Notes under the pieces: model-generated
The model's input: only the letters and a program-made list of their open reading frames with translations
Told to the model about the DNA's origin: nothing
Databases searched by the model: none
Translations under genes and position numbers: made by a program
Origin: Gemmatimonas sp.
GTDB lineage: Bacteria; Gemmatimonadota; Gemmatimonadetes; Gemmatimonadales; Gemmatimonadaceae
Length of the DNA stretch: 64,000 nt
Direction: 5' to 3'
NCBI GenBank assembly: GCA_031414535.1
Contig: JANNVQ010000017.1
Span: 1 to 64,000 of the forward strand
Shown here: one piece after another, positions 12,857-22,692 of the stretch
Position numbering within the stretch: the stretch's first letter is position 1
Layout: the number at the start of each line of letters is the position of its first letter

Positions 12857-13255
12857 ATGTCGATGACTGATCCCATCGCCGATATGCTCACGCGAATCCG
12901 CAATGCTGTTGGTTCAAAGCATCGCCGCGTGGACATTCCGGCGTCCAAGATGAAAGTGGAGATTGCTCGCTTGCTGAAGGAGAGCAACTTCATCACCGAT
13001 TATAAGACCATCGAGACGCCAGAGGGCAAGAAGGTCCTCCGCGTGGCGCTGAAGTATGCCGGCAACACGCCGGTCATTCGTCAGCTCCGTCGCGTGTCGT
13101 CCCCGGGACTTCGCCAGTACGTGGGCGCTGCGGAGATTCCGCGCGTCCGTAACGGACTTGGCGTGGCCATCCTTTCCACCTCTAAGGGCCTGATGACGGA
13201 CCGCGAGGCGCGCGCGCAGCGCACCGGCGGCGAGCTCCTAGCCCTCGTCTGGTAA
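12857..13255 (+). CDS. rpsH: 30S ribosomal protein S8
   Basis: DPIADMLTRIRN, GLGVAILSTSKG, GGELL. Confidence 0.99.
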   Translation: MSMTDPIADMLTRIRNAVGSKHRRVDIPASKMKVEIARLLKESNFITDYKTIETPEGKKVLRVALKYAGNTPVIRQLRRVSSPGLRQYVGAAEIPRVRNGLGVAILSTSKGLMTDREARAQRTGGELLALVW

Positions 13256-13265
13256 GGAGCCCCTC

Positions 13266-13805
13266 ATGTCGCGTATTGGAAAGCTTCCGATCGAAGTGCC
13301 TGCGGGCGTGACGGTCAAGATTGATGGAAACACGGTGCACGCAAAGGGCCCGAAGGGCGAACTGAAGCGGACGCTGAATTCTGAGATCAAGGTATCAATG
13401 ACTGGCAGCACCATCACGGTGGAGCGCCCGTCGGACGAGCCGCTGCATAAGTCGCTGCACGGTCTGTCGCGTACGCTCGTGGCCAACATGGTCGAGGGTG
13501 TGGCGAACGGTTACAAGAAGACGCTGGAAATCACGGGCGTTGGTTTCAAGGCCGAGCCGAAGCCGTTTGGCTTGCAGCTCTCCCTTGGCTACTCGCACCA
13601 AATCCAGTACAAGGCGCCGGAAGGCATCAAGCTGAGCGCGCCGACGCCGACGGTTGTGTTGATTGAGGGCGCAAATAAGGAAATCGTTGGCCAGGTTGCA
13701 GCGGAAATCCGCGGCCTGCGTAAGCCGGAGCCATACAAGGGCAAGGGCATCAAGTATCAGGGCGAAGTCGTACGCCGCAAGGCCGGTAAGGCGGGAGGTA
13801 AGTAA
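13266..13805 (+). CDS. rplF: 50S ribosomal protein L6
   Basis: [23 protein letters not shown]. Confidence 0.99.
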   Translation: MSRIGKLPIEVPAGVTVKIDGNTVHAKGPKGELKRTLNSEIKVSMTGSTITVERPSDEPLHKSLHGLSRTLVANMVEGVANGYKKTLEITGVGFKAEPKPFGLQLSLGYSHQIQYKAPEGIKLSAPTPTVVLIEGANKEIVGQVAAEIRGLRKPEPYKGKGIKYQGEVVRRKAGKAGGK

Positions 13806-14161
13806 TGCCAGGAAAGCGTGTACCCAAGACGCGGGCCGGCCTTCGTGCCCGTCGTCACACCCGCGTGCGTGCGAAGGTAGCGGGCACGGCCGAACGGCCG
13901 CGTCTCGTGGTCTTCCGCTCGCTCAAGCACATGACCGCCCAATTGGTGGACGATGTGCTGCATAGGACCCTGATGACCGTGACGGACAACGGTCTCGCAG
14001 GTAAGAAGACGGAGAAGTCGGTCGAAGTCGGCAAGCTCGTCGCTGAGAAGGCGAAGGCAGCCGGCATCACGAAGGTCGTGTTCGATCGTGGCGGATACCA
14101 GTATCACGGCCGCGTGAAAGCGGTGGCCGACGGAGCCCGCGAAGGCGGGTTGGAGTTTTAA
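13805..14161 (+). CDS. rplR: 50S ribosomal protein L18
   Basis: [31 protein letters not shown]. Confidence 0.99.
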   Translation: MPGKRVPKTRAGLRARRHTRVRAKVAGTAERPRLVVFRSLKHMTAQLVDDVLHRTLMTVTDNGLAGKKTEKSVEVGKLVAEKAKAAGITKVVFDRGGYQYHGRVKAVADGAREGGLEF

Positions 14162-14935
14162 ATGGCTGAACAAACTGGTGGTTTCGGTGGCGGCGGCTCC
14201 GCTCGTAGCGGCGGTGGCTCTGCTCGTAGCGGTGGCGGTCGCGGTGGCCCAGGTGGCGGTCGCGGTGGCGCAGGTGGCGGTCGTGGCGGCCCTGGTGGCG
14301 GTCGCGGTGGCCCCGGCGGCCCCGGCGGCGGTCGTGGTCCCGGCGGTCCGGGCGGACGTGGCGGCGAAGGTGGCCGCGGCGGACGTGACGGTGGCCGTGG
14401 CGGTGCCCCCGCGCAGGAGCGCGAAGGCAGCGACCTACTCGAGAACGTGATCGCGATTAATCGCGTCGCGAAGGTTGTGAAGGGTGGCCGTCGGTTCAGC
14501 TTCAACGCGCTCGTCGCCGTCGGCGATGGGCAGGGGAAGGTGGGCATTGCGACGGGCAAGGCGAACGAAGTGTCCGAAGCGGTCCGCAAGGCCGTCGAGG
14601 GCGCCCGCCGCCACATGATCAGCATCCCGATGACGGGTGCGACCATCCCGCACGAAATCGTTGGCAAGCACGGCGCTGGGAAGGTCCTCATGAAGCCCGC
14701 AGCTCCCGGCGCCGGCGTGATTGCCGGTGGCGCAGTGCGCGCGATCATGGAGTGCGTGGGCATCCACGACATCCTGACCAAGTCACTGGGCTCCACGAAC
14801 CCGCACAACATGGTGCTCGCTGCTCTTGATGGCCTCACGGCCCTCACGACGGTGGAGCAGATTGCCCGCGAGCGCGGCGTCGAAGTCTCGTCGCTGCCGT
14901 ACAAGTCGCGTGCGAAGTCAAAGGAGGTTTTGTAA
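14162..14935 (+). CDS. rpsE: 30S ribosomal protein S5 with RGG-rich N-terminal extension
   Basis: [33 protein letters not shown]; ~85-aa Gly/Arg extension. Confidence 0.98.
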   Translation: MAEQTGGFGGGGSARSGGGSARSGGGRGGPGGGRGGAGGGRGGPGGGRGGPGGPGGGRGPGGPGGRGGEGGRGGRDGGRGGAPAQEREGSDLLENVIAINRVAKVVKGGRRFSFNALVAVGDGQGKVGIATGKANEVSEAVRKAVEGARRHMISIPMTGATIPHEIVGKHGAGKVLMKPAAPGAGVIAGGAVRAIMECVGIHDILTKSLGSTNPHNMVLAALDGLTALTTVEQIARERGVEVSSLPYKSRAKSKEVL

Positions 14936-15187
14936 ATGCCGCGTACATTTGTTTGGCACCGCACTCGCGGCCCGCAGCACACTGAACCGAATACCCTGAC
15001 CACCGGGAAGGTCCGCATCACACAGGTGCGTTCCGGCATTGGTCATAACAAGGTCATGAACGCCACGCTCGAGGCCCTCGGCCTCAAGCACCACCAGGCG
15101 TCGGTTGTCCACCAGGACTCCCCGGCTCTTCGTGGCATGATCAAGCGCGTGCGCCACTTGGTCGAAGTGACGCCGGTGACGGAGTAA
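14936..15187 (+). CDS. rpmD: 50S ribosomal protein L30
   Basis: VRITQVRSGIG, TLEALGL, RGMIKRVRHLV. Confidence 0.95.
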   Translation: MPRTFVWHRTRGPQHTEPNTLTTGKVRITQVRSGIGHNKVMNATLEALGLKHHQASVVHQDSPALRGMIKRVRHLVEVTPVTE

Positions 15188-15190
15188 CTC

Positions 15191-15652
15191 ATGAGCGACG
15201 AAAAGATCACACTGGGCACCTTGGCTCGTACGCCGGGCTCGCACCGCAACCGGAAGCGCCTCGGGCGCGGACCGGGTTCGGGCACGGGTAAGACGTCAGG
15301 CAAGGGCCATAAGGGCATCAAGGCTCGTTCCGGCCACCACGGCCCGGGCGGCAACAAGCCGCACTTCGAAGGCGGCCAGATGCCGCTCACGCGTCGCGTG
15401 CCGAAGCGTGGCTTCCACAACCCGTTCCGTGTGGAATATCAGGTTGTCGGGCTTGCCGAACTCGCGCTCGTCGCGGGCTCGGAAGTCACCATGGAGACGC
15501 TCGAGGCCGCTGGTCTCGCCAAGATCTCCAAGGGTCCGGCCAAGCTGCTCGCCAATGGTGAAGTCACCAAGGCGTTCACGGTGAAGGGAGTGAAGGTCAG
15601 CGCTACTGCCAAGGACAAGATCGTCGCCGCTGGCGGCACGGTCGAGGCGTAA
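15191..15652 (+). CDS. rplO: 50S ribosomal protein L15
   Basis: RLGRGPGSGTGKTSGKGHKG, FEGGQMPL.RR.PKRGF. Confidence 0.99.
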   Translation: MSDEKITLGTLARTPGSHRNRKRLGRGPGSGTGKTSGKGHKGIKARSGHHGPGGNKPHFEGGQMPLTRRVPKRGFHNPFRVEYQVVGLAELALVAGSEVTMETLEAAGLAKISKGPAKLLANGEVTKAFTVKGVKVSATAKDKIVAAGGTVEA

Positions 15653-15656
15653 GCGA

Positions 15657-16988
15657 ATGGCTCAGGCGAATCCGCTGGCTGCGGCAGGCAACATCTACCG
15701 CACGCCGGAGCTTTGGCAGAAGATCACGTTCACGTTCCTCTGCCTGGTGATTTACCGGGTGGGCTCTCACGTCACCGCCCCAGGCGTGGATGTGACGGCA
15801 ATGCTGGACTTCTTCGCGAGCCAGGGCGGCGGGCTGCTCGGCCTGTACGACCTCTTCGTGGGCGGCAACCTCTCGCGCTCCACGATTTTCGCGCTGGGCA
15901 TCATGCCGTACATCTCGGCCTCGATCTTCATGCAGATCGCGGCCGCGGTGGTGCCATCGATGGACAAGATGAACAAGGACGAGGAGGGTCGGAAGCGCAT
16001 CACGCAGTGGACGCGCTACGGCACTGTTGTCCTCGCGGCCGTGCAGGGTTACGGCTACGCCTTGTTCACCTCGGGCGTGCAGGGCGCGGTGGTGAATCCG
16101 GGTCCGGCATTCATTTGGTCGATGGTGCTCTTCCTCACGACGGGCGCGCTGTTCGTCATGTGGCTCGGTGAGCAGATCACCGAGCGCGGCCTTGGCAACG
16201 GCGCCTCGCTCCTGATCTTCTTCTCGATCGTTGAGCGCTTCTGGCCGAGCATCTTCCAGATGTTCAACTTCCTGAGCACTGGAGCGGTCTCGCTCCTCGC
16301 GCTCATCGGCATGACGGGAGTAATGCTTCTCGTGGTGGCTGGCGTCGTTGCGATGACACTCGCCGCGCGTCGCATTGCGATCCAGATCCCGCAGCGCACG
16401 ATGGCCCGTGGCCGTCAGCGCGAAGCCGCGAAGAACTTCATCCCGTTGCGCATCAACACCGCAGGCGTGATGCCGATCATTTTTGCGCAGAGCATCATCG
16501 TGGTCCCGGGCGCCATCGCACAGTTCTCCGGCAATCAGCGCGTTGCGCAGTTTGCCGAGTACTTTGCGCCGGGCACTTGGGTGTACTTCCTGCTGTCTGG
16601 CGTGCTGATCATGTTCTTCAGCTACTTCTACACGAGCATCATCTTCAATCCGGTGGAGCTCGCTGAGAACCTGAAGAAGCAGGGTGGTTTCATCCCGGGC
16701 ATCAAGCCTGGCGCGAAGACCGCCGAGTACATCGATCACGTGGTCACCCGCATCACGTTGCCAGGCGCGGCGTTCCTGACCGCGATTGCGCTGCTGCCGA
16801 TTCTCTTGGCTGACATGTTTGCTGTGCCCTTCCAGTTTGGTGGCACCTCGCTGCTCATCGTCGTGGGCGTGGCATTGGACACGATTGCCCAGATGCAGCA
16901 GCACCTGCTGCTGCGTAAGTACGACGGCTTCATGAAGAAGGGTGCACGTATTCGCTTCCGCGGACGCAATGTCCAGCAGGGCTTCTAG
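15657..16988 (+). CDS. secY: Preprotein translocase SecY
   Basis: IFALGIMPYISASI, WLGEQITERGLGNG, FIPGIKPG, GGTSLLIVVGV. Confidence 0.99.
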   Translation: MAQANPLAAAGNIYRTPELWQKITFTFLCLVIYRVGSHVTAPGVDVTAMLDFFASQGGGLLGLYDLFVGGNLSRSTIFALGIMPYISASIFMQIAAAVVPSMDKMNKDEEGRKRITQWTRYGTVVLAAVQGYGYALFTSGVQGAVVNPGPAFIWSMVLFLTTGALFVMWLGEQITERGLGNGASLLIFFSIVERFWPSIFQMFNFLSTGAVSLLALIGMTGVMLLVVAGVVAMTLAARRIAIQIPQRTMARGRQREAAKNFIPLRINTAGVMPIIFAQSIIVVPGAIAQFSGNQRVAQFAEYFAPGTWVYFLLSGVLIMFFSYFYTSIIFNPVELAENLKKQGGFIPGIKPGAKTAEYIDHVVTRITLPGAAFLTAIALLPILLADMFAVPFQFGGTSLLIVVGVALDTIAQMQQHLLLRKYDGFMKKGARIRFRGRNVQQGF

Positions 16989-17627
16989 GTGATTGTCGTT
17001 CTGCTCGGACCTCCGGGCGCAGGCAAGGGAACACAAGGGGAGCGCATTGCCGCTTCCCTTGGCGTTTCTAAGCTTGCCACGGGCGATGTGCTCCGTGCAG
17101 CAGTCAAGGAAGGCACGAAGCTCGGTCTTGAGGCCAAGGGCTTTATGGATCGCGGCGATCTCGTGCCTGATGCCGTAATCCTTGGCATCATCAAGGAAGC
17201 GCTGCTTTCGCCGACGTATGCGAAGGGTGCCATCCTCGACGGCGTAGTGCGCACCGTGCCGCAGGCTGAAGGTCTGAAGGTGATGACCGCAGAGATTGGC
17301 AAGGGTGTGGACGTTGTGCTCGATTTCGAGATTGACGACGAGTTACTGGTTACGCGTCTGTCGGGCCGCACCACCTGCGATAAGGAACAGAAGCCCTTCA
17401 CTGGCCTTGAGCCGGGGCGTCCCTGCCCGGACCAGTGCGGTGGCACACTCATGCGCCGCAAGGACGACGAGCCTGAGGCCATCCGCAATCGCCTCAGGGT
17501 CTACCACGCGCAGACCAAGCCCGTGATTGATTGGTATGTGACCCAAGGTGCCAACGTGCAGCACATCAACGCCGTCGGTTCGTTTGACGACGTGTTTGCG
17601 CGCGCCCTCAAGGCGGTTGGCCGCTAA
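16989..17627 (+). CDS. adk: Adenylate kinase
   Basis: GPPGAGKGTQ, GDLVPD, R.DD; follows secY. Confidence 0.96.
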   Translation: MIVVLLGPPGAGKGTQGERIAASLGVSKLATGDVLRAAVKEGTKLGLEAKGFMDRGDLVPDAVILGIIKEALLSPTYAKGAILDGVVRTVPQAEGLKVMTAEIGKGVDVVLDFEIDDELLVTRLSGRTTCDKEQKPFTGLEPGRPCPDQCGGTLMRRKDDEPEAIRNRLRVYHAQTKPVIDWYVTQGANVQHINAVGSFDDVFARALKAVGR

Positions 17628-17675
17628 GGCCGCCGGCCTTGGTGCCTAGCCCCCATTCCGCTGCGTGACGCCGCG

Positions 17676-18431
17676 ATGATCCAGCTCAAGAGCCCACGCG
17701 AACTCGAGACGATGGCGGCCGGTGGCCGCATTCTCGCTGCGACGCACAATCACATTGAGCCTGCGCTCCAGCCTGGCATCTCCACGATGGAGATTGACCG
17801 GATGGTGGAGAGCTTCATTCGTTCGCACCCTGGCGCCACGCCTTCGTTCAAGGGCCTCTACGGCTTCCCGGGTTCAGCCTGCATCTCGCTGAACGAGGAG
17901 ATCGTGCACGGCATCCCGAGCACGAAGCGCATCTTGAAGGCCGGCGACATCATCACCGTGGACATTGGCGTGCACTACGGTGGCTTCCATACGGATTCCG
18001 CTTGGACCTACGCCGTGGGGGAGATCTCGCCTGAGGCCAAACGCTTGATGCAGGTGACGGAGCAGTCGCTCTGGGCGGCCATCAAGGAGTGCAAGCTCGG
18101 GAACCACATCGGGGATTTGGGCGCGGCCTGCGAGTCCGTCGTGACTAAGGCTGGCTTCAGCGTGGTGAAGGATCTCGTGGGACACGGCGTGGGTGCCGTG
18201 ATGCACGAAGAGCCGCAGGTGCCCAACTATGGCAAGCCCAAGCGGGGGCCGCGGCTGCAAGTTGGGATGACGCTGGCGATTGAGCCGATGGTGAACGTCG
18301 GTGGGCCCGCGACGCGCACGCTGGCGGACAAGTGGACCATCGTGACGCTGGATGGTGAGCTCAGCGCGCACTTTGAGCACACGGTGGCGATTACGGCGGA
18401 TGGGCCGCGGGTGTTGACGACGCTGGGGTGA
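17676..18431 (+). CDS. map: Methionine aminopeptidase type I
   Basis: CISLNEEIVHGIP, GHGVG..MHEEP, AIEPM, SAHFEHT. Confidence 0.98.
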   Translation: MIQLKSPRELETMAAGGRILAATHNHIEPALQPGISTMEIDRMVESFIRSHPGATPSFKGLYGFPGSACISLNEEIVHGIPSTKRILKAGDIITVDIGVHYGGFHTDSAWTYAVGEISPEAKRLMQVTEQSLWAAIKECKLGNHIGDLGAACESVVTKAGFSVVKDLVGHGVGAVMHEEPQVPNYGKPKRGPRLQVGMTLAIEPMVNVGGPATRTLADKWTIVTLDGELSAHFEHTVAITADGPRVLTTLG

Positions 18432-18475
18432 ACCGCGGTTCACCTCAGCGTCACAGAGAACACAGGCAACGGCCG

Positions 18476-18520
18476 CACCACGAAGGCACGAAAGGCACGA
18501 AGGCACGAAGGCACGAAGGG
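18476..18520 (+). repeat. Tandem array of five CACGAAGG units (left arm of the 8-mer element)
   Basis: cac cacgaagg cacgaaagg cacgaagg cacgaagg cacgaagg g, preceded by aacggc. Confidence 0.85.
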
Positions 18521-18543
18521 CTGGGCAACGGGTACGTATTCCG

Positions 18544-18843
18544 ATGCGCGGCCCTTATCTCGTTCAATGGCACCTACTGCGGCGCGGCCTTTTCAGCTGG
18601 GTGATCGCGCGCGCGACCCTCGCGATGGCGTTGCTGCTGACGGGGAATCCGCCGTGGGGCGACGGTGGTCCTGTAGGACTCGGTGTCGTGGTGCTCACGA
18701 CTGCCCTCGGATTGATTGAGGTGGAGCGAGCGCGAGAGCGCGTACTGCTTGCCAATCTCGGTGTGGCCTTGCCGAACCTGATCTTGATGCTCGCTGCGCC
18801 GGCGCTGCTTGGCGAGATTGCCCTGATGGTGCTCCTCCCGTGA
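18544..18843 (+). CDS. Small membrane protein (about 3 TM), possible ABC partner
   Basis: Three hydrophobic segments, E..LLANLG motif, GTGA overlap with the ATPase gene. Confidence 0.65.
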   Translation: MRGPYLVQWHLLRRGLFSWVIARATLAMALLLTGNPPWGDGGPVGLGVVVLTTALGLIEVERARERVLLANLGVALPNLILMLAAPALLGEIALMVLLP

Positions 18844-19553
18844 GCGTGGAGCCAGCACTGGTGGCGGACTGTGTGTCGCGCTCGTTTGGCGAGCGTCGCG
18901 TGCTCAGTGCTGCGTCTTTGCGTGCTGTGCCGGGTGAGTTGCGCGCACTCTTGGGCCGAAGCGGAGCGGGGAAGTCCACGCTCCTGAAGATTGCCGCCGG
19001 TTGGATGACGCCGGATAGCGGGATCGTGCGATTGAACGGAAATGCGCGATTGATTTGGTCGCCGGCCACGCTGGCGAGGCTCGGCGTGTTTTACTTGCCG
19101 GATACCGGTGCATTGAGCACCGCGCTCTCGGTGGGCGCACAACTCGCGATGCTTGCCGAGCGATATCCCGCAGGCATGGCGCCGGCGCAGGCGATGGAGC
19201 GGCTTGGCGTAGAGCGCTTTGCGACCACGCGGCCAGATGTACTGAGTGGCGGTGAGAAACGGCGCGCCGAGGTCGCGGCCATCTTTGTTCGACGCCCCAC
19301 GGTGCTGCTCGCGGACGAGCCGCTGCGCGGCATCGCGCCAATCGAACAGGAGCGCATCTTGCAAGCCTTCCGCGCCTTGGCGGCGGAGGGCTGCGCTGTG
19401 GTCGTGACCGGGCACGATGTCTCAGCGCTCTTAGATGCTGCTGATCGCGTGACGTGGTGCACAAGCGGCACGACCTACGAACTCGGCGCGCCACACCTAG
19501 CCAAGCAGCACGAGGCGTTCCGCCGCGACTATCTCGGCGCGACGCGTGTGTAG
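18840..19553 (+). CDS. ABC transporter ATP-binding protein (LptB-like)
   Basis: GRSGAGKST, LSGGEKRR, LLADEP, H-loop GHD, YLG end. Confidence 0.9.
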   Translation: MSVEPALVADCVSRSFGERRVLSAASLRAVPGELRALLGRSGAGKSTLLKIAAGWMTPDSGIVRLNGNARLIWSPATLARLGVFYLPDTGALSTALSVGAQLAMLAERYPAGMAPAQAMERLGVERFATTRPDVLSGGEKRRAEVAAIFVRRPTVLLADEPLRGIAPIEQERILQAFRALAAEGCAVVVTGHDVSALLDAADRVTWCTSGTTYELGAPHLAKQHEAFRRDYLGATRV

Positions 19554-20134
19554 TTGAGCTCGAGGCGCATCGGCGAGGGCAATCGCGGAGAGGTGATGGT
19601 CACTTCCAAACGCGCCTGACCGGTTGCGGCGTCGAGGAACCAACGGTTCTCGCGTGTGCCGTCCTCAGCGATGTAGCGCTCGTAGAGCAGCGGCTCTGCG
19701 TCCTCTGCCGCCGCCGGCGCCTGCACGGCTACCGAGAGTGACTCGCCGGCTGTGTTCTTCCACGGCCGCGATGCCCCGCGTCGCTGGGCGCGAAGTTCGG
19801 GTTGATTAGCATAGCGAATGATGACAGAGTCGCCGCGCACAAATATCTCGACGCGCGCGGAGGGCTGATTGACGGTGAGGAGTCGGCGCCGTGCCACGGA
19901 GCGCACGACGAAATTGAGTGGTTCCACGGCCCGCTCCACGGACTCGCGAAGACGGACCTGCGCGTCGGACTGCAGGGAGTAGTCGCCGGAGAGGGCTAGC
20001 GCCCGGTCGCGCGGCGCGGCCGCTACTACGCTAGCCGCCTGCGCCTGCGCGATGCTGGTCGTGAGAATGACCGCGGCGCCCGCGACAGCGATTAGGCATG
20101 CCGTTGCGATTGCGGTTGCTAGAACAGATCGCAT
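19529..20134 (-). CDS. Hypothetical exported protein
   Basis: ATG 20134 four nt after the FTCD stop; hydrophobic signal peptide with AQA site. Confidence 0.65.
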   Translation of the reverse strand: MRSVLATAIATACLIAVAGAAVILTTSIAQAQAASVVAAAPRDRALALSGDYSLQSDAQVRLRESVERAVEPLNFVVRSVARRRLLTVNQPSARVEIFVRGDSVIIRYANQPELRAQRRGASRPWKNTAGESLSVAVQAPAAAEDAEPLLYERYIAEDGTRENRWFLDAATGQARLEVTITSPRLPSPMRLELNYTRVAPR

Positions 20135-20138
20135 CGGC

Positions 20139-21659
20139 TCAGGTGAGCTGCGCTTCGACAGCCGCCGCCGCGCGCTTGGCCGCGTCTGTAGCTGTGGCGA
20201 CGAGACGCTGTGCTTCCTCAGCCAGTGGGGCACCGGCGCGCTTGTCTGGCATCGCCACAACGTTGATGCGTACGTTGTAGGCCGCACCCTTGGCCGACGC
20301 TTCGGCGAGCAGGGCCGCCACGCCCGCATCCGACGCCGCGTTGGTATTGCCTTTCACGGCGCAGATGGCCGCGAGCTCCGCGACTTCGGCGCAGAAGCGT
20401 GCGGTTTCGAGCGGCACTTCTGCGGCCTTCATCAAGGCGGCTTGGATAGCCGCTGTGCGCGCTGTGTCCTGCTCGGGCGTGTCCTTGGGCAGCTTGTACG
20501 CGCTACTCACCAGCGTGTACGCCGCGGCATCCTCATCCTTGAGAGCCTTCAACCGGCGCACCAGTGCGGCGGCGCGAAGGCCGAGTTCCTTCATCTCCTC
20601 GTCCACGGCGGCGTATTTCTTGCGGCCCACGGTGAGGCCCGCAACCATCTGCGCGAGCGCCGCCCCGAGCGAACCAACCAGCGCGACCACGGAACCGCCG
20701 CCAGGCACAGGTGCGGAGCTTGCGACCTCGGCCACGAAGCCGGCGAGCGACTCACCACCGCTCGCCGCCGCGCGAACTTTCCGTTCGAGCACGAAGTCCG
20801 GCTTGTAGTCACGCCAGCGCAGATGCCGCGCCGCGGCCTCGAACAAGGCTCGCTCCGGGACGAGGCCGACAATCTCGCTCCACGTCGGCGTCACACCTTG
20901 GGCTTCGGCTTCCATCTTCACCATCTCGTAGGCGCGGTGCAGGGGCGTGGCATCGAGGTCCACAAGGTTCATCGAGACCTGCGCTTGGCCGTCCACTTCC
21001 ATGCCCAAGCCTTTCACGCCCTTCAAGCCGCCGCTAGAGCCGCGTACAGCCTTCGCGACGTTCTTGGCGACTTGGATATTTTCTCTGCCGCCGAGGTACA
21101 CGTTGTACGCGACCAAAAAGGGCCGTGCCCCGATGACCGTGGCGCCCGCGGTGGCGTGAATCTTGTTAGGCCCAAAGTCGGGCACGCGATTGGGATTCTT
21201 GCCGATCTCGTCGCGCGCGAGTTCAAATTCGCCGCGGCGGATATCGGCGAGGTTCACCCGGTCTGGCCGCGATGCTGCGCGCTCGTAGAGGAATACGGGG
21301 ATCCCAAGTTCCTGGCCGACGCGAAGCCCAAGCGTGCGCGCGAGGACGATGCAGTCCTCCATGGACGCGCCTTCGAGCGGAATGAAGGGGCAGACGTCCG
21401 TGGCGCCGATGCGGGGATGCTCGCCCGCGTGCTTGGTAAGGTCAATCAGCTCGCTGGCACGCTTGATGCCGCGAAACGCCGCCTCGCCGGCCTTGTCCAC
21501 CGATGCCACGAAGGTGACGACGGTGCGATTGTGCGACGGGTCGCTGGAAACATCGAGGACAACAACACCCTCGACGCTCGCGATGGCGTCGCGAATGGAA
21601 TCAATGGTGGATTGGTCGCGGCCTTCGGAGAAATTCGGGACGCACTCGACGAGTGACAT
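20139..21659 (-). CDS. ftcD: Bifunctional glutamate formiminotransferase / formiminotetrahydrofolate cyclodeaminase
   Basis: VECVPNFSEGRD, HNRTV, HPRIGATDVCPF, plus cyclodeaminase PGGGS and GN.NAASDA. Confidence 0.95.
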   Translation of the reverse strand: MSLVECVPNFSEGRDQSTIDSIRDAIASVEGVVVLDVSSDPSHNRTVVTFVASVDKAGEAAFRGIKRASELIDLTKHAGEHPRIGATDVCPFIPLEGASMEDCIVLARTLGLRVGQELGIPVFLYERAASRPDRVNLADIRRGEFELARDEIGKNPNRVPDFGPNKIHATAGATVIGARPFLVAYNVYLGGRENIQVAKNVAKAVRGSSGGLKGVKGLGMEVDGQAQVSMNLVDLDATPLHRAYEMVKMEAEAQGVTPTWSEIVGLVPERALFEAAARHLRWRDYKPDFVLERKVRAAASGGESLAGFVAEVASSAPVPGGGSVVALVGSLGAALAQMVAGLTVGRKKYAAVDEEMKELGLRAAALVRRLKALKDEDAAAYTLVSSAYKLPKDTPEQDTARTAAIQAALMKAAEVPLETARFCAEVAELAAICAVKGNTNAASDAGVAALLAEASAKGAAYNVRINVVAMPDKRAGAPLAEEAQRLVATATDAAKRAAAAVEAQLT

Positions 21660-21717
21660 TACGCGCGGCTCACGGGTTCAATAGGTAATCGAAATCTAGT
21701 CCCGTCCGAACGGCTTG

Positions 21718-21856
21718 AACGGCCTTTCACCACGAAGGCACGAAGGGAATCGCGATGGACTCTGGGTCCCGCGACGCCAAAAAGTTGATCTCTTTTGGAG
21801 TGGCGAGACTAGGAGATTGTTGTGGAACCCTTCGTGCCTTCGTGGTGATTGCCGTT
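21718..21856. repeat. Complete 8-mer palindromic element
   Basis: aacggc cttt caccacgaaggcacgaaggg ...80 nt... cccttcgtgccttcgtggtg att gccgtt. Confidence 0.9.
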
Positions 21857-21859
21857 AGA

Positions 21860-22669
21860 CTAGGCGCGCGCCAAAGCCTCAGCGAGCCACTTATGCATGA
21901 CGGGGTTCCCAACCAGCACTGAACACGGCCCAAAGGCCTGCAAGTGCGCGCCGTTCATATCCGTGGCCACACCGCCGGCTTCGCGCACGAGCAGCATACC
22001 TGCCGCGAAGTCCCAAGGCGCGAGCTGCATCTCCCAGAATCCCTCAAAACGGCCGCTGGCCACGGAGGCCAGGTCAATGCTTGCCGCACCCGGACGCCGC
22101 ACGCCACTCACGTGGGCCATCACGGCGGCCATCTGGCGGTGATACGGCGTGATGTCGTTCACGTCCTTGAACGGGAAGCCGGTCCCAATCAAGGCACGGC
22201 TCGGGTCGCTGATGGTTGAGACCTGTACCGGCTTGCCGTTCAGTTGGCAGCCGCCGCCCGCCGTCGCCGTGAAGACTTCGGCGCCGGGCACGTCGTGCAC
22301 CACGCCCGCCACCGGTTCGCCGTCAAAAAGCACCGCGATGGACACGGCATATTCCGGATAGCCGTGCAGAAAGTTGGTGGTGCCGTCGAGGGGGTCTACC
22401 ACTATGGCCACACCCTTGGAGATGACATCCCGTGCCACCGTGGCCGATCCTTCCTCGGCCAGTACGGTCGCGTGCGGGATCTCCTGAACCATCACCGCGA
22501 GAATGGCGGCCTCTGCCGCGAGGTCTACCTCGGAGACGAAATCTGCGGGGCCTTTGGAGCGCCAATCGAGGCGCCGCACCTCTGGCGCGGCGTCACGAAT
22601 CACCGCCGCACCGGCCTCCGCCGCGCGCACCGCAATCGCCAACCACTCCTTTGCCTGTTGATGCCCCAT
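21860..22669 (-). CDS. suhB: Inositol monophosphatase family protein (SuhB-like)
   Basis: DPLDGTTNF, RRPGAASIDL, WDFAAG..LVREAGG; alternative ATG at 22681. Confidence 0.88.
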   Translation of the reverse strand: MGHQQAKEWLAIAVRAAEAGAAVIRDAAPEVRRLDWRSKGPADFVSEVDLAAEAAILAVMVQEIPHATVLAEEGSATVARDVISKGVAIVVDPLDGTTNFLHGYPEYAVSIAVLFDGEPVAGVVHDVPGAEVFTATAGGGCQLNGKPVQVSTISDPSRALIGTGFPFKDVNDITPYHRQMAAVMAHVSGVRRPGAASIDLASVASGRFEGFWEMQLAPWDFAAGMLLVREAGGVATDMNGAHLQAFGPCSVLVGNPVMHKWLAEALARA

Positions 22670-22692
22670 CCTTCGCTCCATAACTTCGGGGG

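Noticed and set aside
18476..18520. Repeat array as a CRISPR
   Set aside because: 8-nt units with no spacers; no cas genes in the window
20139..21659. Fused FTCD as a eukaryote-derived novelty
   Set aside because: Fused forms are already known in several bacterial phyla
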